A stretch of DNA of 64,000 nt from Bacteroidales bacterium (GTDB lineage: Bacteria > Bacteroidota > Bacteroidia > Bacteroidales > UBA932). This document shows, one piece after another, positions 39,556-47,294 of the stretch (positions are counted from its first letter, which is position 1; each line of letters begins with the position of its first letter). The translations under genes and the position numbers were made by a program. The notes below the pieces were generated by a model that worked only from the letters and a program-made list of their open reading frames with translations, did not search any database and was not told where the DNA came from. The stretch covers positions 6,401 to 70,400 of the forward strand of contig JALCMW010000011.1 of the NCBI GenBank assembly GCA_022648685.1, written 5' to 3'.

Positions 39556-40922
39556 TGGGAATAACACCTATAAAATACATCACGGGGCGGATACGCAGAA
39601 CCTCAGGGAAAACAGTGACGGCTACGGTCAAGACTAACCAACCGTCAGGAAAAATCAACGGCTGGCTAGCTTTAAGCCCGTTATTGGTATTTATCGGGGT
39701 ATACCTGATAACATCGATAACCATAAACGATTTCTACAAAATTCCGATTTCTTCGGCTTTTCTCATAGCTTCAATCTATTCACTCATAATCGGCAAAGGG
39801 AATATCGAGCATAGGATATCCGTATTCTCCAGCGGTGCGGGCAACAAAAACGTGCTGTTGATGATATGGATATTCATTCTTGCAGGGGCGTTTTCAGGTT
39901 CGGCAAAAGCGATAGGGGCTATAGATGCGACGGTAAATCTGACGATAATGATTCTTCCCGGCAAATTGTTGTTCGCCGGACTTTTCCTGGCCTCTTGTTT
40001 TATATCCATGGCAATAGGAACAAGCGTAGGAACCGTGGTTGCTTTGGTTCCCATAGCCTCGGGCATAGCACAGGAAGCCGGATTCGGGATTCCTATGGTC
40101 ACGGCAATAATCGTCGGAGGTGCATTTTTCGGTGACAATCTGTCTTTTATATCCGATACCACGATAGCAGCCACCAAGACACAGGGTTGTTCAATGTCCG
40201 ATAAATTCAAGGCCAACATATCAATAGCGGCACCTGCGGCCATAGTCGTTACTGTCATCTATTTGATATTGGGACAATCCGCCGGAAACATACCTTCCCC
40301 GGGGCCTCAGAACTGGATATTGATAATGCCGTATATTCTGGTCATAGTGCTTGCCATATCGGGAATGAATGTCATGACCGTACTTACTTTGGGAATGGGA
40401 ACCAACTTCATCATCGGTTTGATATCCGGAAAGATAGGCTGGGCCGGTTTTCTCCGGGCGGTTGGAGACGGGATATCGGGAATGAGCGGACTTATCATCG
40501 TCACTATGCTTGCAGGCGGAATGCTGGAAGTCATACGGCAAAACGGAGGTCTCGATTTCATAATAAAAGGACTCACAAAACGGATAAAAGGCAAAAGAGG
40601 TGCAGAATTCAGCATAGCCGCACTCGTAAGCCTAGTGAATTTCTGCACTGCCAACAATACGATAGCTATCATCACGACAGGCCAAATCTCAAAAGACATT
40701 ACCACACGTTTCGGTCTCGATCCCCGCAAAACAGCAAGTATTCTGGATACATTTTCTTGCGTCATACAAGGCATAATCCCTTACGGCGCCCAGCTTTTGA
40801 TGGCCGCAGGATTAGCTAAAATTTCTTCCGCATCAATCATAGCCTACCTGTATTATCCCCTTTCCCTGGCTTTCTTCGCATGTCTGGCCATTATTTTCCG
40901 CTTTCCGGGGAAATATTCGTAA
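39555..40922 (+). CDS. Na+/H+ antiporter NhaC-family / ion-transporter-superfamily membrane protein
   Basis: About 11 TMs; FISMAIGTSVGT; GGAFFGDNLSFISDTTIAAT; NNTIAII; ASILDTFSC. Confidence 0.85.
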   Translation: MGITPIKYITGRIRRTSGKTVTATVKTNQPSGKINGWLALSPLLVFIGVYLITSITINDFYKIPISSAFLIASIYSLIIGKGNIEHRISVFSSGAGNKNVLLMIWIFILAGAFSGSAKAIGAIDATVNLTIMILPGKLLFAGLFLASCFISMAIGTSVGTVVALVPIASGIAQEAGFGIPMVTAIIVGGAFFGDNLSFISDTTIAATKTQGCSMSDKFKANISIAAPAAIVVTVIYLILGQSAGNIPSPGPQNWILIMPYILVIVLAISGMNVMTVLTLGMGTNFIIGLISGKIGWAGFLRAVGDGISGMSGLIIVTMLAGGMLEVIRQNGGLDFIIKGLTKRIKGKRGAEFSIAALVSLVNFCTANNTIAIITTGQISKDITTRFGLDPRKTASILDTFSCVIQGIIPYGAQLLMAAGLAKISSASIIAYLYYPLSLAFFACLAIIFRFPGKYS

Positions 40923-40983
40923 GATCCGGAACCGATCTCAATAAATGACTACCCGTCAGGTGAAAAATAGCTATTTGTTGTTA

Positions 40984-41014
40984 TTGCCCTTTTCCACCGA
41001 AAGGGATATCTTTG
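40984..41014 (+). promoter_or_regulatory. Primary-sigma promoter of feoB
   Basis: TTG-N20-TATCTTTG, ending 19 nt before the ATG. Confidence 0.75.
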
Positions 41015-41033
41015 CAAACTAAATCGGACAAGG

Positions 41034-43460
41034 ATGTATCTTTCGGAACTGAAAACAGGAGAGCAAGCGGTAATAGTCAAGGTAAACGGACACGGTGGTT
41101 TCCGCAAAAGACTCATTGAGATGGGCTTTATCAGCGGAAAGAAAGTAAAGGTGATTCTCAATGCCCCGCTGAAAGATCCGATAGAATACGAAATCATAGG
41201 ATATAAAATATCATTAAGGCGGGAAGAAGCCGAACAAATCGAAGTAATCAGCGAAGAAGAAGCGAAAGAAGCGATAGCGACAAAAGAATTCGACGAACCT
41301 GTCATTGACAATGAAGAAGAGGAACAACAGCAGCTTGACGAAATGATGTCGTCCCTCGCCGAAGAAAGGCATCATGTGATACGGGTCGCCCTGGTCGGAA
41401 ACCCGAACTGCGGCAAAACTTCCCTTTTCAACGTGGCATCCGGAGGCCATGAACATGTAGGCAACTACAGCGGAGTGACGGTCGATGCCAAAGAAGGAAG
41501 ACTGGAATACAAACAATACAAATTCGTAATAGTAGACCTCCCTGGAACTTATTCCCTTTCCGCCTACAGCCCAGAAGAACTTTATGTCAGGAAAAATCTT
41601 ATAGAAAAGATGCCCGACGTAGTTGTAAACGTGGTGGATGCATCCAACATCGAAAGGAATCTGTATCTGACAACCCAGATTATAGACATGAATCTGAGGG
41701 TCGTCATGGCCCTGAATATGTATGATGAACTGGAAGCCAAGGGAGACGAACTGGATATCAGGCAATTGGGCTATCTGCTCGGAATGCCTGTCTGCCCTAC
41801 CGTAAGCCGTGACGGAAGAGGGATAAACGAGCTGTTCGACACCATCATAAAAATATACGAGCACAACGATCCTCATCTTGCCAGACATATCCATATTAAT
41901 CACGGAGAAGAACTGGAAAAAAGCATAAACCACCTCAAATCCGTTATCCAGGTAAATGAGCAGATCAGACATAAATATTCCACAAGGTTCCTGACGATAA
42001 AATATCTGGAAAATGACAGCGAAGTGGACAAGTTGGTGGAAGAACTGCCCAACAATGCAGAAATCAAAAAAGCCAAGGCATACGAGGACAAAAGGATAGA
42101 AGGACTTCTGCATTCCACTGCGGAATCCGCCATCGTCGATGCAAAATATGCCTTCATCCAAGGGGCCCTTGCGGAAACTTACAAACCTCATATAGAAGAA
42201 AAACCCAAACGGACAATCACCGACAAGATAGACGCGATCGTCACAAACAAATGGATAGCATTTCCTGTTTTCATCGCCATACTTTATCTGATTTTCCAGG
42301 CCACTTTCACTTTGGGCAATTATCCTATGTTGTGGATAGAATGGCTGGTCGAAAAAATAGGAATGCTTGCCGGAACCTTCATGAAAGCCGGATGGCTCAA
42401 GGATCTGATCACAGACGGAATAATAGGGGGCGTCGGAAGCGTACTCGTTTTCCTTCCTAACATCCTGATTCTCTATTTCTTCATTTCCCTGATGGAAGAT
42501 TCCGGATATATGTCCAGAGCGGCGTTCATCATGGACAAACTTATGCACAAGATCGGACTTCACGGGAAATCATTCATTCCGATGATCATGGGCTTCGGAT
42601 GCAACGTCCCTGCAATAATGGCGACAAGAACGATCGAAAACAGGAAAAGCAAGCTGATCACCATGGCGATCATTCCCTTCATGTCCTGCTCCGGCCGCCT
42701 GCCGATTTTCATACTGCTTTCGGGAATCTTTTTCGGATCCCATGCCGCTCTCGTCCTGCTGGGAATATATCTTCTCGGCATTGTAATGGCCATAATCTCG
42801 GCGAAAGTAATGAGCAAATTCGTCAAAGACGATGATCTTCCGTTCGTGATGGAACTGCCTCCTTACCGGGTACCGACAGGAAAAGCCATATTCCGGCACA
42901 CGTGGGAAAAGGGAAAACAATATCTGGAAAAGATGGCGACTACCATTTTGCTGTTTTCCATATTGATATGGTTCCTCGGATATTTTCCCAATCATAACAA
43001 ATACGGGTCCGTCAGGGAACAAAAAGAGAATTCATATATAGGATATATAGGAAAAGGCATAGAGCCGATAATGGAGCCTTTGGGATTCAATTGGAAAATG
43101 GGTGTCGGAATCCTTTCCGGCATAGGAGCCAAGGAACTGATAGTAAGCACTATGGGTGTCATGTATTCGGGAGAAGGACAGGAAGCGGGAGCCGATGAAA
43201 CGACAGTGTCTTCAGGCAAGGGAACTTCCGCATTGCCTGAAGACACGTCACTACAAAGGGGATTGAAAAACGACATCAGCACTGCAGGAGCTTTGGCATA
43301 CATGGTCTTCATATTGCTGTATTTCCCGTGCATCGCCACTTTTATCGCCATCAAAAACGAATCCGGCGGCTGGAAGTGGGCTATAGGCACTTGCATATAT
43401 ACGATCGTGATCGCCTGGATCATGGCTTTCGCCACTTATCACCTGTTTCTCCTGTTTTGA
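41034..43460 (+). CDS. feoB: Ferrous iron transporter FeoB with fused N-terminal FeoA domain
   Basis: FeoA (RKRLIEMGF...APLKDPIEY...ISLRREEA); G1 GNPNCGKT, GNYSGVTV, DLPGTYS, ALNMYD; membrane Gate motifs (GFGCNVPA, PFMSCSGRL, FVMELPPYR, YFPCIAT). Confidence 0.97.
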   Translation: MYLSELKTGEQAVIVKVNGHGGFRKRLIEMGFISGKKVKVILNAPLKDPIEYEIIGYKISLRREEAEQIEVISEEEAKEAIATKEFDEPVIDNEEEEQQQLDEMMSSLAEERHHVIRVALVGNPNCGKTSLFNVASGGHEHVGNYSGVTVDAKEGRLEYKQYKFVIVDLPGTYSLSAYSPEELYVRKNLIEKMPDVVVNVVDASNIERNLYLTTQIIDMNLRVVMALNMYDELEAKGDELDIRQLGYLLGMPVCPTVSRDGRGINELFDTIIKIYEHNDPHLARHIHINHGEELEKSINHLKSVIQVNEQIRHKYSTRFLTIKYLENDSEVDKLVEELPNNAEIKKAKAYEDKRIEGLLHSTAESAIVDAKYAFIQGALAETYKPHIEEKPKRTITDKIDAIVTNKWIAFPVFIAILYLIFQATFTLGNYPMLWIEWLVEKIGMLAGTFMKAGWLKDLITDGIIGGVGSVLVFLPNILILYFFISLMEDSGYMSRAAFIMDKLMHKIGLHGKSFIPMIMGFGCNVPAIMATRTIENRKSKLITMAIIPFMSCSGRLPIFILLSGIFFGSHAALVLLGIYLLGIVMAIISAKVMSKFVKDDDLPFVMELPPYRVPTGKAIFRHTWEKGKQYLEKMATTILLFSILIWFLGYFPNHNKYGSVREQKENSYIGYIGKGIEPIMEPLGFNWKMGVGILSGIGAKELIVSTMGVMYSGEGQEAGADETTVSSGKGTSALPEDTSLQRGLKNDISTAGALAYMVFILLYFPCIATFIAIKNESGGWKWAIGTCIYTIVIAWIMAFATYHLFLLF

Positions 43461-43635
43461 TCAGGAGTCCTTCCTGTCCTGATTCCGTATTTTTTCTGTC
43501 TTGATCTGCGAGGTACCGCACCATATATGCCGGAATCATAGATACAGTCCTTTCCCTTTACTGATTACTTATACTTTAATTATTACTTATCCTTTTTTCT
43601 GCCTTTCTCTTATTTATTCCTTCTCTTATTCCTTT

Positions 43636-43674
43636 TAAAAAAAGTATTCGGGTTCCTAAAAAAAAGTATTCGGG
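43636..43674. repeat. Short direct duplication T(A)7-8GTATTCGGG x2 at the end of a pyrimidine-rich intergenic tract
   Basis: Copies at 43636-43652 and 43657-43674. Confidence 0.8.
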
Positions 43675-43678
43675 AGAT

Positions 43679-44203
43679 TTAGAAAGCGATGCCGAAAGAC
43701 ATCAATATCAGCTCCCTCTTGTAATTATACTTTTCCCCTTGCGTGTTTATTTCTCCGCTGTCATACGAGAAAGAACATTCCATGAAAAATCTTGAAACGT
43801 TCACTCCGACACCCGGGCATATCAGCAATCCGTGTCCGTGGGGCTTTGTGAATACGAATCCGGACTTGACATCGGCAAAAGGGCTGATAACATTATTCTT
43901 TGTGAAGGAATGCTTCATCTCCACAAAAATAGGAACAGTCCAATCATTGCCGGAATGGAAGTAGCAGCTTGTTCCCGTCCCCAGGTATGTACCTTCCCCG
44001 AAACCGTAACCAATGGAAGCAGAAGGAGCTATCTCAGATCCCTCGGTACCCCTTGTAACCAAAGCGGCACCTCCCATACTTGCGTAACCTGTTATTCCCT
44101 TCTTGAAGAAAGGAGAAGACATTCTTGTCTGAGCCGATGCGATAACGCCGGCAAATGTAAGTAAAACGAAAAATGCAATTTTATACAATACTTTCGTATT
44201 CAT
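43679..44203 (-). CDS. Small outer-membrane beta-barrel protein, function unknown
   Basis: Signal peptide, alternating amphipathic strands and C-terminal Phe (LILMSFGIAF). Confidence 0.7.
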   Translation of the reverse strand: MNTKVLYKIAFFVLLTFAGVIASAQTRMSSPFFKKGITGYASMGGAALVTRGTEGSEIAPSASIGYGFGEGTYLGTGTSCYFHSGNDWTVPIFVEMKHSFTKNNVISPFADVKSGFVFTKPHGHGLLICPGVGVNVSRFFMECSFSYDSGEINTQGEKYNYKRELILMSFGIAF

Positions 44204-44340
44204 GATTTTTGTTGATTATTTATTATAAAGATACTACTTATCAGCAAAAAAGCACTCTCAATAGCAGATAATCTTGTCTTTTTCCTGATTTTTGCCCGCC
44301 GGTCAGTTCTATTTATCCAAGAAACCTGTCAATTCTATTC

Positions 44341-44538
44341 CATTCAGGTCGACTAGTCTTTCAGATCTTTCAAGTCATCCAGGTCAGTCCTATTCATTCA
44401 GGCCATCCAAGTAGTCATCCAGATCAGTCAGGCTATCCAGATCAGTCCTATTCAGTCAGGCTATCCAGATCAGTCCTATTCAGTCAGGCTATCCAAGTCA
44501 TTCAGGCCATCCAGATCATCTAGGTCAGTCATATTCAG
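44341..44538. repeat. Degenerate tandem repeat of 9-mer units (ATYCARRKC-like) containing 2.5 perfect copies of a 28-bp unit
   Basis: CAGTCAGGCTATCCAGATCAGTCCTATT at 44425-44452 and 44453-44480, partial copy at 44481-44495; flanked by ATCCAGGTC / ATCCAAGTC / ATTCAGGCC variants. Confidence 0.85.
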
Positions 44539-45026
44539 ATAAGAAAAGGAAACAGTCTTTCTTCTTTTCTTTTTTCCCAAAAGCTACGCAACGTTCTGGA
44601 TCCCCCTCCAGTATCTGGAGCCCTAGAAGCGTTGATAATACGGTAGCTACGAGGTTCCATTATTAATTTCCTTACAGTATTTGGGATCCGCAACCATACG
44701 AAACATAGGCTAGAAGGAAAATCCAATGCACTAAAAAGAAACTTTTTCAAGGACAAACCCTTTTTAGTTATCCAACTTTTGGGGTGCGCTCCAACATTCA
44801 AATAGTCGACCTAAATCAGGAGACTACAAATATCCAATACATAAACGGTTGTCATTACATTTTGACCAGAGAAGGTCTTAGACTATATGTGACATCAAAA
44901 TATTGATAACCTGACTAATCATGATAAATATATACAAGGCTTATATTGCAGTAAATACTCCCCCGGAATGATACACACGAAATAATGATATTCACAAACA
45001 AAATGACAAGCCATGAAATCGGCACA

Positions 45027-45238
45027 GGAGAAGGGTGAAGTGTGTGATGCGTCTGAATCCGTGGCCGCCCGTGGCCTCGTGAACGGGTGGCCCAGACGAG
45101 CATCGATGAAGACGAAACCGGAAGAGGAATGCAAAATCGTCGTTCAGTTTTGGCAGTGTACCGACAAACAGCGATAGTGAGTCGGGGACGGGATGAGCGC
45201 TCTGCGCGAAGATGACGGCGCACACACACTTCCCCTCC
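45027..45238 (+). ncRNA. Candidate ~210-nt structured RNA or miniature element (unclassified)
   Basis: Closing stem GAAGTGTGTG (45037-45046) / CACACACTTC (45223-45232), extendable to about 14 bp; internal hairpins 45046-45104, 45130-45155 and 45161-45185; GC-rich within an AT-rich non-coding background. There is no expression evidence. Confidence 0.4.
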
Positions 45239-45472
45239 GCTGACCTTTTACTTAATCAGCAAATGTCGTTTATCTAATGACTACTCATATAGCAACCGGA
45301 CTCGTCCGTGTAATCGGTAACTTTAAAGTACTTGATTTTGGCAAAATAAAATACCCCACAAAAAGAGAAAACCGGCATTAGTAAATTTCAATAAGAATTT
45401 TCTAACAACGGAAAGAACAAATAACACTTAGTTCGTTCCTATTTTAAGAAAAATTCTTCATTTTTTAACGGA

Positions 45473-45760
45473 AGGCGGCCATGCTCCTGAATGTCTAAGT
45501 GGCTGTAAATGGCTACTTTAGCTCTTACCAAGCATGGACAGGTCGGCTATTTTAAGGGGGGCTGGCCATGGTGCAAAAGAGTTAAATAACTAGTTGTCAA
45601 CTATTTAACCCTTAGAGAGCATGGCCGCCTCCGGACTTTTTTTACAAATTCTACCGTCTTCTTCGAGTAAAGCGTTATCTCTTCCGGACATTTTTCACAG
45701 ATTCAGCCGTCTTCGAGTAAAGCATGGCCAACTCCGACATTTTTCACGTTTCCTACAAAT
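45473..45760. repeat. 14-bp inverted repeat enclosing a palindrome, followed by three imperfect ~50-bp tandem units
   Basis: AGGCGGCCATGCTC (45473-45486) / GAGCATGGCCGCCT (45617-45630); GTTAAATA-N13-TATTTAAC at about 45581-45609; units start at 45618, 45671 and 45721 (AGC-N10-CC(G)GAC-wTTTTTy-AC...CCGTC..TTCGAGTAA). Confidence 0.8.
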
Positions 45761-45812
45761 TTCCCAGAGAGGTGGCTGGATGAAGTGGAATAAGGGAAAT
45801 ACAATAAGAAAC

Positions 45813-45841
45813 AAAAAAGGACGGCCATATAAAGCCATCCT
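45813..45841 (-). terminator. Intrinsic terminator of the tRNA-Leu transcript
   Basis: The - strand reads AGGATGGC-loop-GCCGTCCT followed by a U-run, 18 nt downstream of the tRNA. Confidence 0.8.
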
Positions 45842-45859
45842 GTATCGAATATTAAAAAG

Positions 45860-45943
45860 TGCGGATGGTGAGACTCGAACTCACACGGGCGCAATGCCCA
45901 CTACCCCCTCAAAGTAGCGTGTCTACCATTCCACCACATCCGC
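45860..45943 (-). tRNA. tRNA-Leu (anticodon GAG), CCA not encoded
   Basis: Reverse complement GCGGATGTGGTGGAATGGTAGACACGCTACTTTGAGGGGGTAGTGGGCATTGCGCCCGTGTGAGTTCGAGTCTCACCATCCGCA: acceptor stem GCGGATG/CATCCGC, anticodon loop TT-GAG-GG, long variable arm, GTTCGAG T-loop. Confidence 0.97.
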
Positions 45944-45996
45944 CGATATGTTTCCAAGAAGTCCGCTGAAAGCGGATATCCGTTGAAACGGGATTG

Positions 45997-46027
45997 CAAA
46001 AATAGGTATTTATAGAGAAATACCAAA
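45997..46027 (-). promoter_or_regulatory. Primary-sigma promoter of tRNA-Leu
   Basis: The - strand reads TTTG-N19-TATTTTTG, a full consensus match. Confidence 0.8.
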
Positions 46028-46136
46028 ATTTTAATGCCAAATTTTATAACCTCGATATTATTTCGTAATTTTACGGCGTATTCCTCGAGCAGGATTACAC
46101 AGGTATTATTAATAAAAATTTAAAAACAGATTCACA

Positions 46137-46745
46137 ATGGCTGTAAAAATTCGTTTGCAACGCCACGGTAAGAAGAATTTCGCATTCTTCCACATTGTTG
46201 TGGCAGACACTCACGCACCTCGTGACGGTCGTTTTATCGAGCAATTGGGCTCGTACAATCCGAACACGAACCCTGCAACTATCGTCCTTAATGAAGAAAG
46301 GGCATTGGATTGGCTGAAAGTAGGAGCCGAAACGACTCTGGTCACTCGCAGGATATTATCTTACGAAGGGATTCTTCTGAGAAAGCATCTTGACGGCGGA
46401 ATCGCCAAAGGAGCTATCACAAAGGAAGAAGCGGACAAGAGATATGCGGACTGGAAGGCTCACAGAGATGCCAAGGTCAATGCAAAGAAAGAAGGAATCG
46501 ACAAGGCTGCCGCCGACAAAGCGAAGAATGCCGAAGAAGCAGAAGCCAAGGTAAATGAGGCCAGGGCGGAAGAATTGGCCAAGAAGAAAGCCGAAGTGGA
46601 AGAAGCTGCAAGAAAGGCGGCTGAAGCTGCTGCAGCTGCCAAAGCCGCAGAAGAAGCAGCAAAGGCGGCCGAAGAAACGGATCAGGCTGCAGAAGGTGCT
46701 GCCGAGACTTCAGAACCGGCATCCGAGGAGAAACCTCAGGCTTGA
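46137..46745 (+). CDS. rpsP: 30S ribosomal protein S16 with long Ala/Glu/Lys-rich C-terminal extension
   Basis: MAVKIRLQRHGKK...IVVAD..APRDGRFIEQLGSYNP. Confidence 0.97.
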   Translation: MAVKIRLQRHGKKNFAFFHIVVADTHAPRDGRFIEQLGSYNPNTNPATIVLNEERALDWLKVGAETTLVTRRILSYEGILLRKHLDGGIAKGAITKEEADKRYADWKAHRDAKVNAKKEGIDKAAADKAKNAEEAEAKVNEARAEELAKKKAEVEEAARKAAEAAAAAKAAEEAAKAAEETDQAAEGAAETSEPASEEKPQA

Positions 46746-46750
46746 CAATT

Positions 46751-47293
46751 ATGTCCGAAGCAGGTAAAAAAGACTTGCTGAAGATTGCCAGGGTACTCAA
46801 GGCGGACGGTACCGAAGGCGGACTCATATTGAGTCTGTACGACGATATCTTTTCCCAAAATATTGATTTAAAAGAACCGGTATTCGTTTTTTATGACGGA
46901 TTGCCGGTTCCTTTTTATATAGAGTCCCGGGAACCGAAAGGCGAGGCCAAAATCAAGGTAAGGCTGACGGATATCCGCGATCTGGGAGATGCGGAAGAAA
47001 TCAGGGGCCGAGATGTTTTCATTCTGAAGAAAAGCAATGGAAACCGGAATGAATCGGAATTCATAGGAAACGGAATCAGTGATCCGGAAGAAATTACCGG
47101 ATGGACCGTAACTGATCCCGGAGGCAAGAAGATAGGCAGGATCACAGGATTCGAGGATATTCCGGGGAATCCCTGTATCTATATAGAAACAGATAACGGA
47201 CAAAAGATGGTCCCCCTCAATGAAGATCTCATCACAGCCGTAAATAAAGAATCCGGAATAATCTCGATGAAAATTCCGGAAGGTCTATTATAA
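46751..47293 (+). CDS. rimM: Ribosome maturation factor RimM
   Basis: IARVLKADGTEGGL, GLPVPFYIE, IGRITGFEDIPGNP, MVPLNEDLI, MKIPEGLL; follows rpsP. I prefer the ATG at 46751 over the TTG at 46742. Confidence 0.9.
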   Translation: MSEAGKKDLLKIARVLKADGTEGGLILSLYDDIFSQNIDLKEPVFVFYDGLPVPFYIESREPKGEAKIKVRLTDIRDLGDAEEIRGRDVFILKKSNGNRNESEFIGNGISDPEEITGWTVTDPGGKKIGRITGFEDIPGNPCIYIETDNGQKMVPLNEDLITAVNKESGIISMKIPEGLL

Positions 47294-47294
47294 A

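Noticed and set aside
41214-42563. 449-aa ORF antisense to feoB
   Set aside because: It is fully nested on the opposite strand of a conserved gene, with biased F/V/H-rich composition and no motifs; a codon-bias shadow ORF. The same applies to 10290-11000, 20721-21488 and the many other nested ORFs in the track.
41034-43460. FeoA-FeoB fusion as a novelty
   Set aside because: This fusion is common in Bacteroidetes.
44341-44538. Possible CRISPR array
   Set aside because: The 28-bp units are head-to-tail with no unique spacers, and there are no cas genes in the window.
45098-45118. GAGCATCGATGAAGACGAAAC resembling the 5.8S/23S rRNA motif or a hammerhead core
   Set aside because: The match to the 5.8S motif GCATCGATGAAGA is only 13 nt with no flanking rRNA similarity. 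The hammerhead CUGANGA core is absent (CAGACGA), and stem II would have no loop.
44915-45229. Three overlapping - strand ORFs (104, 71 and 77 aa) in the island
   Set aside because: They have no recognisable motifs, Cys/His/Arg-rich non-protein-like composition and mutually overlapping frames; they are better explained by the GC-rich structured element.
45581-45609. Chromosomal dif site
   Set aside because: The GTTAAAT arms point the opposite way to dif (ATTTAACATAA-N6-TTATGTTAAAT type), and the spacer is 13 nt rather than 6.
45618-45760. Possible mini-CRISPR (repeat plus short spacers)
   Set aside because: Similarity runs along the whole ~50-bp unit rather than alternating invariant repeat and unique spacer; only three degenerate units are present.
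44204-45859. Chromosomal replication origin
   Set aside because: No cluster of TTATCCACA DnaA boxes (only TTATCCAA-like partial matches) and no typical oriC-flanking genes.
43460-45943. Intact integrative element bounded by a duplicated tRNA-Leu 3' end
   Set aside because: I found no second copy of GCGGATGGTGAGACTCGAAC, or a clear part of it, in the window, and no integrase, relaxase or transposase ORF.
45962-45994. Two small tandem hairpins in the tRNA leader (TCCGCT-GAA-AGCGGA; CCGT-TGAA-ACGG)
   Set aside because: The stems are short and consistent with ordinary precursor-tRNA leader structure; there is no evidence of a separate element.
46137-46745. Unusually long S16 with a low-complexity tail
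   Set aside because: Ala/Glu/Lys-rich C-terminal extensions of RpsP are normal in Bacteroidetes.
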